Source of the DNA: Candidatus Aenigmatarchaeota archaeon
Lineage (GTDB): Archaea > Aenigmatarchaeota > Aenigmatarchaeia > PWEA01 > JACQIF01
DNA: 64,000 nt
Assembly (NCBI GenBank): GCA_016432325.1
Contig: CP066684.1
Location: forward strand, 608,001-672,000
Direction: 5' to 3'
Under the pieces are notes generated by a model. It worked only from the letters and a program-made list of their open reading frames with translations. It ran no database searches and was not told where the DNA came from. Positions 10,754-19,754 of this stretch are shown one piece after another. Both the position numbers and the translations under genes were made by a program. Position 1 is the first letter of the stretch; every line of letters begins with the position of its first letter.

Positions 10754-11560
10754 TTATTCCAATCTAGAGAGGATATCATCTATTCCCCTGAGGCCTTCGT
10801 CGATCTGGCTTCTGTATCGTTTCAGTTCAGCGACAGCCTCTTCATCCAAAACGCGCGGTCTTGGAACATCGGTTCCAAGCCTCGAAACTTCGTTTCGAGA
10901 CGTCGCAGGTTGCGCAGCAACCTTTCCGGACTCCTGTCCGGAATACTCGGAACCCCGGGTTCCGAGATGCTCTGACCTACGGCACGCACGACCACCAACG
11001 TCCGAGTACCTGCCGTCAGGCCCACAGTGCGCGTCGACGTAGAAGGGCCCGCCGACGTCGAGGCTGAGGCCCCGAAGCACGGGCCTAAAGCCTTCTTTGT
11101 CGCCCAAGAAATATGAAGCGTCCTGGCCGAACCTTGCGACCGCATCTTCTCTGTCGCCTGTTTTCGTAGGAACGCCAAGAGTAGGATGATAATCGAGTCC
11201 CCAGCCGTCTTCAGGCATTCGGACTTTCGTGCGTACGCCGCCCTCGACTTCCCAAGTGTCGCCGTCACTAACGAGACGCGCTACTTCGTGGACGTACTTG
11301 CCGTCTTCCCACGCGGTCGAGGTCCACTCGCCGCAACTGCGCTGGGCGTAAACGGCTTGTTTGAACGGTTGAGAAGTATCGAAAGCGTGGCGCAGTTGAC
11401 CAAGCGTCGGAACGCCGCGGGCTTGGTGCTCTACGGTCGTTAGATAACAACCGTTTTGCTGTGGAAACTCTATCTGGTTGGCGAGTTCGAAGGCTGGAAT
11501 GACCGTTTTACCGCCAACTATTTTAGGTTCTATGCGTAGCATCTGAAGTGATGTTGCCAT
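10754..11560 (-). CDS. Hypothetical protein with a CLec/FGE-like VR-type motif and an in-frame hairpin block; candidate DGR target
   Basis: 268-aa ORF with motif PVLRG...GPFYVDA...RYSDVGGR, a run of NNC codons, then five hairpins. Confidence 0.65.
   Translation of the reverse strand: MATSLQMLRIEPKIVGGKTVIPAFELANQIEFPQQNGCYLTTVEHQARGVPTLGQLRHAFDTSQPFKQAVYAQRSCGEWTSTAWEDGKYVHEVARLVSDGDTWEVEGGVRTKVRMPEDGWGLDYHPTLGVPTKTGDREDAVARFGQDASYFLGDKEGFRPVLRGLSLDVGGPFYVDAHCGPDGRYSDVGGRACRRSEHLGTRGSEYSGQESGKVAAQPATSRNEVSRLGTDVPRPRVLDEEAVAELKRYRSQIDEGLRGIDDILSRLE
10858..10970. repeat. Five tandem palindromic hairpins lying in frame within the CDS
   Basis: TTGGAAC/GTTCCAA, CTCGAAAC/GTTTCGAG, AGGTTGC/GCAACCT, TTCCGGA/TCCGGAA, CTCGGAAC/GTTCCGAG. 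Confidence 0.9.
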
Positions 11561-11624
11561 ACCATTTCTAACGGTAGTTAACTATTTAAGCTCGTTGGGG
11601 TTCACTACCTATCAATGAGCACGA

Positions 11625-11894
11625 TTAGCCAAGCGCCTCGTCAATCGCCTCCTTCAAATCTTCCTTTGAAGTGACGCCGACCCACTGGCGCACAATCGCC
11701 CCGTTCTTCTCCAGAATCAGAGTAGGAATCGACATCACGCCGTACTTGCCCGCCTCTTCGATATTCTCATCGACGTTTATCTCCTCGAACTTGACTTTCT
11801 TCTTGTACTCTTCCTCAAGCTCCTTGACTATCGGCGTTTGCACGCGGCAAGGACCGCACCACGGCGCCCAGAAGTCTTTGAGAGTTACCGTCAT
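11625..11894 (-). CDS. trxA: Thioredoxin
   Basis: DFWAPWCGPC and SIPT motifs. Confidence 0.95.
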   Translation of the reverse strand: MTVTLKDFWAPWCGPCRVQTPIVKELEEEYKKKVKFEEINVDENIEEAGKYGVMSIPTLILEKNGAIVRQWVGVTSKEDLKEAIDEALG

Positions 11895-11951
11895 TGATTC
11901 ACCCGAAACATAGTCCGCACTAATCGTTTATAAAAGCCGGAAACCCGGACT

Positions 11952-12260
11952 TCAGTAAGTCGCCGCGGCCTTCTCGTCCTTCTCTTCCCCGGACCCCAGC
12001 AGCTGGTTCGCTATCGGCTTGATTATCACGATGTCTCCGACGCTCTGAACCATCTGGTACGGCACTACTATTCCTCTCTTGCCGCCAAGCGACTGAGCAA
12101 GCGGCGAGCCGCGAGCTGCTTCTATCACAAGCGACTTGAGGCGGAACTTGACAAGGTCGACTTTTACGTCGGTTATCTTGCCGTAATAGTCTCCGCGGGC
12201 CGTGAAGACGTCCTTGCTAAATACTTCAGAAACGTTTTTCACGTTTACAGCCATTTCCAA
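11952..12260 (-). CDS. PRC-barrel protein (CdpB-like)
   Basis: KDVFTARGDYYGKI...IVVPYQMVQSVGDIVII pattern. Confidence 0.85.
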   Translation of the reverse strand: MEMAVNVKNVSEVFSKDVFTARGDYYGKITDVKVDLVKFRLKSLVIEAARGSPLAQSLGGKRGIVVPYQMVQSVGDIVIIKPIANQLLGSGEEKDEKAAATY

Positions 12261-12435
12261 ATTACCTCCTACTGTTTCTCTCCCTTTACAGCCAGTTCCA
12301 GTGGCTGGTTCTAATGGCCCCGGGAGATATATAAACGTTTAGCGCTTCGTGCCGTTTAAATGCGCGTGGCCGCGCGTGACGTTCGTTTGCGTTCTCCTGT
12401 TGCTTTTAAGTAACTATTCGCAAAATTAAGCTTGA

Positions 12436-12677
12436 GCTGGGGTAGCAAAGCTTGGTATGCGCCTTTTTGGGCATCTCGGAATGGAACATTCCGAGTTTTC
12501 GGACGCGGTCCGAAAACGTCCGCCCAAAAACCCGCGGGAAAAATACGCTCCCGCAAGCGACCAACTGCGCCGGATTGCTAATCCGGTGGGCGCAAGCCCG
12601 CGCGAGTTCAAGCGCCTTTTTGCTGCGGCAAAAACCCGCGGGAAAAACGGCACGAACGAATCTCGTCCCCAGCGCCA
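12436..12677 (+). tRNA. tRNA-Ser(GCT) with 2 introns: D arm ~12459-12565, T loop ~12612-12659
   Basis: GCTGGGG/CCCCAGC acceptor stem, CCGGA-TTGCTAA-TCCGG anticodon arm, long variable arm, encoded CCA, BHB pairings at both introns. Confidence 0.93.
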
Positions 12678-12807
12678 AAAGCCTTTTACGAAAAAGCTTT
12701 GGCAAGAATATGTTACGCGCGCACAGGCAGGCCGCAACCGCTTTTATATCCTAGGCCGCACGAGAGAAACATGAACTTATGGATGCCACAAACGGGGGGG
12801 GGTTCGC

Positions 12808-13989
12808 ATGAACCTCATGACTAAGGCCGTTATCGTATTTCTTCTGATTGGCGTATTGCCCGTCTCAGTACTAACGTATGTAGGCATAAGCCAGATGGAA
12901 AAGAGTTACACAGAGAGCGTCGGCACTACTCTCGAACTGTCTCTCCAGAGCGCCGTCTCCGGGCTCATAGAATATTTCCAGCGCATATTGGTCGAGACTT
13001 CCACAGACTCCAAGGACCCGGTAATCGCAAAAGAGCTGTCGGGCATAGAGGCCGGCGGTTCGCCTGCGACGCTCAACGCTCACCTGTCCAAGACGCTTAC
13101 GCGGCCGCCGGTGATTCCGACGCTCAACGCAACGCTCAAGGGAATACAGGCAGTCGTAGTCACTGACGCGAACGGCAGGATAGTCTCTTCGACTCATAAC
13201 TCGCTGATAGGCGGCGACGTGTCTCAGGAGTTCTTCTTCAAGCAGGCCGCCGGCAGCGGCGCGGGAACCAACGCGAACACCACTTACTTCACCGGAATAG
13301 TCGACCATCCGCTGGTTCTGGCCAACGCGGTCAAGGAAGACGGCAGGACAATCGGGGTATACGCCGCGGTTCACGACATCTCGGACTTGGCCAACGTCAT
13401 GCAGGGAGAGTCGAGCCGCGAACTGCTCGTCAACTCAAGAGGCGATTTGACGGCGTTCGACAACTTCGCCAATCTCGAATCTATATCGATATACGCGACC
13501 ACTGTCACCCAGACCGTATCGATAGCGCCGTCGCAGAATCCCGACCTCGTCGGCAGGACCATCGATATATACCCGGTTAACTTGTGCACGGCGGAAGGAA
13601 AGTCCTACAAGGGCGAATACGTCAACTACGACGGCATCACCGTCATCGGCGCGGTCCTCTGCGGCGCCGCGAGGACTGCATTCATCGCGGAAATTCCAAA
13701 GGACGAGGCCACGCAACCGCTCCAGAGTGCCAAACAACTCTTCCAGGGAATGGCGTTGATTATGGGAGCTCTCATAACAGTGGCTCTCTATGCGTTCCGC
13801 TCCCACATAATCAAGCCGATAGGCAGGCTGACCGAAACGATAAACAGCATCAGCATGGGCCGCTTGGACGTTGAAGTCGAGGGCAAGGAACGCAAGGACG
13901 AGATAGGCGATCTGGCGCGCGCCTTCGAACGCACCGTGGTCAGCCTCAAGCTCGCCGCGCTCGGCAAAAACAAGGAAAAAGAGAAGTGA
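12808..13989 (+). CDS. Membrane sensor: TM, Cache-like region, TM, HAMP, with no output domain
   Basis: Two TM segments; HAMP motif KPIGRL...RKDEIGDLARAF just before the stop. Confidence 0.8.
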   Translation: MNLMTKAVIVFLLIGVLPVSVLTYVGISQMEKSYTESVGTTLELSLQSAVSGLIEYFQRILVETSTDSKDPVIAKELSGIEAGGSPATLNAHLSKTLTRPPVIPTLNATLKGIQAVVVTDANGRIVSSTHNSLIGGDVSQEFFFKQAAGSGAGTNANTTYFTGIVDHPLVLANAVKEDGRTIGVYAAVHDISDLANVMQGESSRELLVNSRGDLTAFDNFANLESISIYATTVTQTVSIAPSQNPDLVGRTIDIYPVNLCTAEGKSYKGEYVNYDGITVIGAVLCGAARTAFIAEIPKDEATQPLQSAKQLFQGMALIMGALITVALYAFRSHIIKPIGRLTETINSISMGRLDVEVEGKERKDEIGDLARAFERTVVSLKLAALGKNKEKEK

Positions 13990-14204
13990 GGCCGATGGCC
14001 GCAACTTCGTCGCGGGAGTCTGTTGACAACCTTTTTCGCACCTATCTCGGCCCGATGGCAATCGTGGTTCTTCCGGACCTAGAAAAGAAGGGCCTGACAA
14101 AGGAGCGCGTGCTGTCGTACATAGACGACCTGCAGAAGAAAGGCGTCCTCGGCGCTGACTCGGCGGTCAAGTTCAAGAGGGAGATTGAGGCTGTTTTCGC
14201 GTAG
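13986..14204 (+). CDS. Small hypothetical protein coupled to the HAMP sensor gene
   Basis: Overlapping start/stop (or ATG at 13995) and plausible codon usage. Confidence 0.65.
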   Translation: MRPMAATSSRESVDNLFRTYLGPMAIVVLPDLEKKGLTKERVLSYIDDLQKKGVLGADSAVKFKREIEAVFA

Positions 14205-14476
14205 GCGTCTGCTTTAAGAAGCTTTCTACACAAGTCAGAGCGTGGTATCATGGAAGGTTATACAGGCTGCATGGATACGTCGTACGAAAAGATAGCGAAT
14301 CGCTTTGTGAGACACGGATATCCGAGCGGCGGCCCAGACCATCCGGTGCCCGACATGCCAGAGCATCTTCCTGTTCACCCGAGAGGCTATATCCCGCCAA
14401 GCGCGCAGATGGGCCCGAACCACTACTTGTGGAGGCTCTAAACAGTTTTATAGCTACTCCTTTCATTCTGCCCTAC

Positions 14477-14680
14477 GGGCCGGTAGTCTAGAAAGCTTTT
14501 CAGAAAGGCTTTAGCAAAACACGATCTGAAAGTTTGGACAATGGTTATGACGTCGCCCTATGCAAGCCGTTTCGATTGTTTGCAGACGACTACAAGGCGA
14601 AGGTCGCAAGTTCGAACCGGGCTTTTTAGAAAAAAGCACGGGTGCAAAAAACGCACGCGAGAATCTTGCCCGGCCCACCA
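14477..14680 (+). tRNA. tRNA-Val(TAC) with 3 introns: ~14492-14541 (15/16), ~14560-14590 (33/34), ~14617-14663 (59/60)
   Basis: GGGCCGG/CCGGCCC acceptor stem, TCGCC/GGCGA anticodon stem, GTTCGAA, CCA; upstream TTTATA box. Confidence 0.9.
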
Positions 14681-14715
14681 ATCCTCAATAAATACATGCA
14701 TCGATTAAACCGCTC

Positions 14716-15501
14716 ATGCTCTTCGTAGGAATCGACTTGGCGTGGTCGCCGAAGAACGGCAGCGGTCTTGCGGTGATGCGGTCCGACGGCACTTTGCAAG
14801 CGAGCGCGGTTCTGTATTCAAACGAAGAAGTTGTTGAATACGTGCACGCACAGGTTCAACAGAAGAATGCGCTGGTTGCCATAGACGCGCCGTTGGTGGT
14901 GCCGAACGAAGAAGGTCGGCGCGTCGCTGAAGCTATCGTGGGCAACCTTTTCAGAAAATACAACGCCGGCGCGCATCCTTCGAACCGCAAACGCCTGGGA
15001 CAGTGGGGAGGCCGGCCGCGCGGCGAGGTCATAACAGAGCTTCTCGGGAAGAAGGGCTTCGTCCACGACCCGTTCTTGCGGCAGCACGAAGAGTCGAGAA
15101 AGGTCTTTGAGGTCTATCCGCACCCTTCGATGGTGGTGTTGTTCAATCTCGAAACTGTCATACCGTACAAAGCGAAGCCGAAACGCAGTTACGAATCGAG
15201 ATGGAACGCTTTCGTCCAGTATCAGAAACACATGCAATCTTTGGGCAAGGCGAACCCGCCGGCGGTCCTCGGCGATATTGTAACGAAAGACGTTCGTGCG
15301 ATGAAAGGCAACGCCCTCAAGAGCTACGAGGATGCCTTGGACGCGATATTCTGCGCGTACATCGCCTACTATTACTGGTCTTTGCCGGAGAAGTGCGCCG
15401 TCCTGGGGACGATGAAAGACGGCTACATTTTAACGCCTATATTTGACCGCATGCGCGGCGCATTGAAACCCAAAGGCGTCCAGACGAAACTTACGCTCTG
15501 A
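14716..15501 (+). CDS. DUF429-like RNase H-fold nuclease
   Basis: FVGIDLAW, AIDAPL, FEVYPH and EDALDA motifs. Confidence 0.82.
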   Translation: MLFVGIDLAWSPKNGSGLAVMRSDGTLQASAVLYSNEEVVEYVHAQVQQKNALVAIDAPLVVPNEEGRRVAEAIVGNLFRKYNAGAHPSNRKRLGQWGGRPRGEVITELLGKKGFVHDPFLRQHEESRKVFEVYPHPSMVVLFNLETVIPYKAKPKRSYESRWNAFVQYQKHMQSLGKANPPAVLGDIVTKDVRAMKGNALKSYEDALDAIFCAYIAYYYWSLPEKCAVLGTMKDGYILTPIFDRMRGALKPKGVQTKLTL

Positions 15502-15970
15502 CCCATTCTCCGCGGTCGCCGTTCCTGCGTTTGTCTGCCATGGCGAGCTCGTCGAGGATACCGTCGATGAGATTGTATTTCTTCGCCTCTTCGAAAGTTA
15601 CCCAAGTGTGTTCTACGGCTTCCTCTGCCTGGAGTCTGACCTCGCCTCCTTTCCAATCGGCCATGCAGGAAATGACTATGGACGGCGAACCGTCCGCGTG
15701 TATTGTGGCCAAGCTCGTCACGTAATCAATGTTCGTTATATCCAAACCGACCTCTTCCATTACCTCGCGACGGAGCGTGCGCTCGAGAACGTTGTACCAG
15801 TATGCCTGCGTGTCTTTCGGATGCTGCGTATAGTCCGAGGTTTCGAGCTTGCCGCCCGGGACGGTCCACATGCTCGGGAAGCGTTTCTTATTCGGGTGGC
15901 GTTTTATAATCAGGTATTTCCCGTCTTTTACGACTATCGCGGTTATGACGACTTCGTGCAGATGCGACAT
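15491..15970 (-). CDS. NUDIX hydrolase
   Basis: PGGKLE...LRREVMEEVG Nudix box. Confidence 0.9.
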   Translation of the reverse strand: MSHLHEVVITAIVVKDGKYLIIKRHPNKKRFPSMWTVPGGKLETSDYTQHPKDTQAYWYNVLERTLRREVMEEVGLDITNIDYVTSLATIHADGSPSIVISCMADWKGGEVRLQAEEAVEHTWVTFEEAKKYNLIDGILDELAMADKRRNGDRGEWVRA

Positions 15971-16031
15971 GTTACTCCAGAAGTCTAGGCGATTCCTCGA
16001 TTTAAATACGCTTCGTCGTAAACGAGTCCGG

Positions 16032-16224
16032 GCTCCCATAGTCTAGACCGGCCAAGCTTCCCGCCCTTGCGGGGCAGGAAGAAGCCGAGAGGATCCCGCC
16101 CTTTCAAGTCAGACTTGAAAAACTGTAGGTTGTAAAACCAATGACATGGGCAGGCGGTGACTCGGGAAAGCCTTTTGAGAAATGCTCAAGGGCTTCGAGA
16201 CTTCAAATCCCGATGGGAGCACCA
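16032..16224 (+). tRNA. tRNA-Glu(TTC) with 3 introns: ~16055-16089, ~16107-16151 (37/38), ~16167-16201 (53/54)
   Basis: GCTCCCA/TGGGAGC acceptor stem, CCGCC-CTTTCA..A-GGCGG, TCGGG..TTCAAATCCCGA, CCA. Confidence 0.9.
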
Positions 16225-16239
16225 CTAATTTTCTGTAAA

Positions 16240-16647
16240 CTAGTAGGGGAGCCGTGGCTTCCATTGGCGCGGAACACTGCCGTAATCGATGAGAGGAATG
16301 ACGTGCCTTGCATGTATTCCGTATTCTCCGGCCACCTTTCTAACAGGACCGCTGACGTCTACGAGCGGGAATTTCTTCGCCGCAATCTTTTTAGGAACTT
16401 CCACCAACGGCTTGATAGGCAGGAACTTGCTTCCTTCCTTGGGCTTGGTGTGCAGCGCGTATGCGGGTTCTGCTGTGAAATATCCTCTGGTAATGACCTT
16501 GTCGCCTGCCCAATCCTCCCCTTCGAGAATCAGGTCTGCCAGATGAATGCGCGCTCCGTATTTCTTGTGAATCGTTGCTTCCAGCGCGTCGTATGCTCGC
16601 GCCTTTTCCATGTCGCGCGGAGGTCCCCACGCGCTTTTGGTCGCCAT
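16240..16647 (-). CDS. Hypothetical protein
   Basis: 135-aa ORF filling the gap between genes. Confidence 0.6.
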   Translation of the reverse strand: MATKSAWGPPRDMEKARAYDALEATIHKKYGARIHLADLILEGEDWAGDKVITRGYFTAEPAYALHTKPKEGSKFLPIKPLVEVPKKIAAKKFPLVDVSGPVRKVAGEYGIHARHVIPLIDYGSVPRQWKPRLPY

Positions 16648-16708
16648 GGTTCAATTGAACATGGCAAACTATTAATACCCGGCGGTTAACGTTCGTAAAG
16701 GCGATTCC

Positions 16709-16912
16709 ATGCTCAGGATAGAAACCAGAGACGAAAAGATAGGAAACCTCGTCGGCTTCTGGGCCGGAATGGCGGTCTTCGCGAGCATGTTCTACTATCT
16801 GTCCACGAACGTCGCGCACCACGCATGGCCTATAGGATACGTGGAGCTGATGACAGCGCTCACCGTTCTTTACATAATCGCGCGATTTGCAAGAGGCGAA
16901 CTCACGATATGA
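16709..16912 (+). CDS. Small membrane protein in the carbamoyltransferase cluster
   Basis: Two hydrophobic helices; overlaps the next start codon. Confidence 0.7.
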   Translation: MLRIETRDEKIGNLVGFWAGMAVFASMFYYLSTNVAHHAWPIGYVELMTALTVLYIIARFARGELTI

Positions 16913-17154
16913 GTTTCAAGGAGTTCGCAACCGGTTTCAAGTCGGGCTTCCAGGGCTTCGGCCATTTTGTCAGCGACGTTGTGAACTTCGTGCTGCTCAC
17001 GTTCGTCTGGCTCATAGGCATCGGCCCGGCGTCTGTTCTGGGCAAGTTTACAGGCAAGAAGTTCCTCGACATGGAACTCGTTATGAGAGAGAGTTACTGG
17101 GTTGCGTACGTAGTGAAGACCGAGCCGCTCGAGAGCTACGAGAAACAGTATTGA
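16909..17154 (+). CDS. SxtJ-like small membrane protein
   Basis: VNFVLLTFVWLIGIGP...ESYW...YEKQY pattern and position before the carbamoyltransferase. Confidence 0.7.
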   Translation: MSFKEFATGFKSGFQGFGHFVSDVVNFVLLTFVWLIGIGPASVLGKFTGKKFLDMELVMRESYWVAYVVKTEPLESYEKQY

Positions 17155-17162
17155 GGGATGGA

Positions 17163-18908
17163 ATGGTCAACGTTCTGGGCATATCCGCGTACTTCCACGA
17201 TTCGTCCGCGGCGCTCGTCAAGGACGGCGTCGTCGTTGCCGCAGCGGACGAGGAGCGCTTCACGCGCGTCAAGCACGACAATGCGTTTCCGATAAACGCG
17301 ATAAACTACTGCCTGAAGGAAGGAGGCGTCACCGCCGAACAAATAGACTACGTCGCGTTCTACGAAAAGCCTTTCATAAAATTCGAGCGCGTCCTGAACC
17401 AGTTCCTGCAGTCCTTCCCGAGTGGCGGATACACGTTTTACAAAGCGATGCCTCCATGGCTCACGCAAAAACTGCGCATACGCCAGACCCTGCGCAAGAA
17501 GCTCGGCTTCCGCGGACGCACGCTGTTCCTTGAACACCACATGGCCCACGCCGCGTCGTCTTATCTCGCTTCTCCGTTTGACGAGTCCGCGATACTCACC
17601 ATAGACGGCGTGGGAGAGATTACGACGGCCGCGTGCGGATACGCGAAAGGCAATGACATCACGCTGACGAGACGTCTGGAATTCCCGCACTCTCTCGGTC
17701 TTCTGTACAGTACTATAACGGCGTACCTCGGCTTCAAGGTCAACAACGACGAGTACAAGGTGATGGGTCTCGCGCCTTACGGCAAGCCGACGTACTACGA
17801 CAAGCTCCGCAAGACTCTCGCGATAGGCGAAGACGGAAGCGTCCATCTCGACATGAGATACTTCGTCTATACGAAAGAACTCTCAATGGCCGGGAAGAAG
17901 CTCTTCGAAGAGCTGGGCCCGCCACGCAAACGGGAAGAACCTGTCGAGCAGATGCACAAGGACATCGCCGCGAGCGTCCAGAAGATAACAGAGGAGGTCA
18001 TAATCAAGATGGCCCGTTCGGTTTACGAAGAAACCAAATCAAAGAACCTCTGCGTGGCGGGCGGCGTCGCGCTGAACAGCGTCGCCAACGGCAAGATTCT
18101 CAGGAGCACGCCTTTCGAGAACATCTTCATCCAGCCTTCTGCAGGCGATTCAGGAACGAGCCTCGGCGCGGCGCTCTACGCGTACAACACTATTCTGAAG
18201 AATCCGAGAAAGTACGTGCAAACGCACGCGTATCTCGGCCCCGGATATTCGCGCGACCAGATTAAGAAATATCTGGACGAGAACAAGATTGTTTACAGCG
18301 AGTTCCGTGACGAACGCGAACTCCTCCAAAAGGTCTCCAAGCTAATCTGGGAGAACAACGTCATCGGCTGGTTCCAAGGAAGGATGGAGTGGGGACCGCG
18401 CGCGCTCGGCGCCCGTTCGATTCTTTCGAATCCGTGCAACCCCGAGATGAAGGACATTCTGAACCTGAAGGTAAAGCACCGCGAAGCGTTCCGCCCTTTC
18501 GCGCCTGCCGTGTGCGTCGATGATGCGGACGAGTACTTCGAGTGCGACGTTCCCGTGCAAGCGCCTACGGACTACATGCTGATGGTCTATCCGATACGCG
18601 AAGAAAAGCGCGCGCTCTTGCCGGCGGTGACGCACGTGGACGGTTCCGGTCGTCTGCAGACAGTACGCCGCGAACAGAATCCTCTTTACTACGACCTAAT
18701 CAAAGAGTTCGGCAAGCTGAGCGGCGTTCCTGTTCTGGTAAACACGTCGTTCAACATCCGCGGAGAGCCCATCGTTTGCGAACCGCGGCACGCGTACAGA
18801 TGCATGATGGGCACTGGAATCGATTTTTTGGTCATGGATAAGTTTTTAATAGCCAGAAGTGCCAATCCGAAGGACATGTGGGACAGCGAAAAGGTAGCGG
18901 GCGATTAA
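17163..18908 (+). CDS. Carbamoyltransferase (NodU/CmcH family)
   Basis: LGISAYFHDSSAA, EERFTR, EHHMAHA, GPRALG and NTSFN motifs. Confidence 0.95.
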   Translation: MVNVLGISAYFHDSSAALVKDGVVVAAADEERFTRVKHDNAFPINAINYCLKEGGVTAEQIDYVAFYEKPFIKFERVLNQFLQSFPSGGYTFYKAMPPWLTQKLRIRQTLRKKLGFRGRTLFLEHHMAHAASSYLASPFDESAILTIDGVGEITTAACGYAKGNDITLTRRLEFPHSLGLLYSTITAYLGFKVNNDEYKVMGLAPYGKPTYYDKLRKTLAIGEDGSVHLDMRYFVYTKELSMAGKKLFEELGPPRKREEPVEQMHKDIAASVQKITEEVIIKMARSVYEETKSKNLCVAGGVALNSVANGKILRSTPFENIFIQPSAGDSGTSLGAALYAYNTILKNPRKYVQTHAYLGPGYSRDQIKKYLDENKIVYSEFRDERELLQKVSKLIWENNVIGWFQGRMEWGPRALGARSILSNPCNPEMKDILNLKVKHREAFRPFAPAVCVDDADEYFECDVPVQAPTDYMLMVYPIREEKRALLPAVTHVDGSGRLQTVRREQNPLYYDLIKEFGKLSGVPVLVNTSFNIRGEPIVCEPRHAYRCMMGTGIDFLVMDKFLIARSANPKDMWDSEKVAGD

Positions 18909-18909
18909 T

Positions 18910-19059
18910 ATGGGAATGGCAAGCGAACTCGTCGGATTTTTGGTGAAAGAGAAGAAGTGGTGGCTCGTTCCGGCGGTCGTGCTGCTGCTCGTCGTCGGAA
19001 TACTGATAATATTTGCCGCAGCTTCGCCTGTCTCGCCCTTCATCTACGCGCTGTTCTGA
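18910..19059 (+). CDS. SxtK-like (DUF5989) small membrane protein, absent from the ORF track
   Basis: 49 aa containing KEKKWWLVP and SPVSPFIYALF. Confidence 0.85.
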   Translation: MGMASELVGFLVKEKKWWLVPAVVLLLVVGILIIFAAASPVSPFIYALF

Positions 19060-19178
19060 CGATGAGCCCGTTAAATGCCTTCAAGCCGTGTTTCTGACCA
19101 AAACCTTTATATAGCCCCCCAGCGCCCTTTAAAACGTACTTTACGCGGTTCGATAATTCAGAAACAAACGGGGGTGAA

Positions 19179-19346
19179 ATGATGGCTGTTATAGTTAAGA
19201 GCGCGGTCAAGGACTGCTGCAAGGGTTTCAACGTCAGCGCAGACTTCTACGGCGCGTTGGACTCTTCTGTGCAGAACGTGATAAAGGCCGCTTCGAAGCG
19301 CGCGTCGGCAAACGGTCGCAAGACCGTGCAGGCGAGAGACCTTTAA
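19179..19346 (+). CDS. Short histone-fold protein (DUF1931-like), absent from the ORF track
   Basis: MMAVIVKSAVKD...NVSADFYGALD...KRASANGRKTVQARDL, preceded by a GGGGTG SD. Confidence 0.85.
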   Translation: MMAVIVKSAVKDCCKGFNVSADFYGALDSSVQNVIKAASKRASANGRKTVQARDL

Positions 19347-19409
19347 TTAAGACAGAACCTCGGGGTTCTCCGTCTTTTCTTTTTTATTCTCCTTTTTTCC
19401 ATTGTTCTT

Positions 19410-19751
19410 ATGCCCGGACAAGGAACCGCGTTCCACCATCTGCACAAGCGCATTCGCGTCCACAAGAAGCTCGAGAAGTATCCGCACCCGGACAGGCTCA
19501 CGAATGCAATGGACAAGCTCATCTACGTGGTGTCCATAATAATGCCGCTTCTGACCGTGCCTCAGGTGCTGACTGTTTGGTTGGACGGAAATGTTTCCGG
19601 ACTGTCTCTGGTTACTTGGGTGTCGTATCTCGTCGCGTCCGTATTCTGGCTGGCTTACGGAATTCTGCACAGGGAGAAGCCGATTATCATATCGAACGTC
19701 CTGTGGATAGTGGTGTTCGCGTTTATCGTCGTTGGAATAATGATGCGCTAG
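19410..19751 (+). CDS. SemiSWEET/PQ-loop family transporter
   Basis: TVPQV, GLS and FWLAYG motifs; three TM segments. Confidence 0.8.
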   Translation: MPGQGTAFHHLHKRIRVHKKLEKYPHPDRLTNAMDKLIYVVSIIMPLLTVPQVLTVWLDGNVSGLSLVTWVSYLVASVFWLAYGILHREKPIIISNVLWIVVFAFIVVGIMMR

Positions 19752-19754
19752 AAG

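Noticed and set aside
12356-12774. Short ORFs over the tRNA loci (also 21789-22094, 27213-27620 and 32710-33240)
   Set aside because: They are explained by intron-containing tRNAs; the peptides they share merely reflect the repeated intron sequences.
14250-14441. 63-aa Pro/His-rich ORF
   Set aside because: It may be real, but it has no recognisable motif, so support is too weak to list it as a feature.
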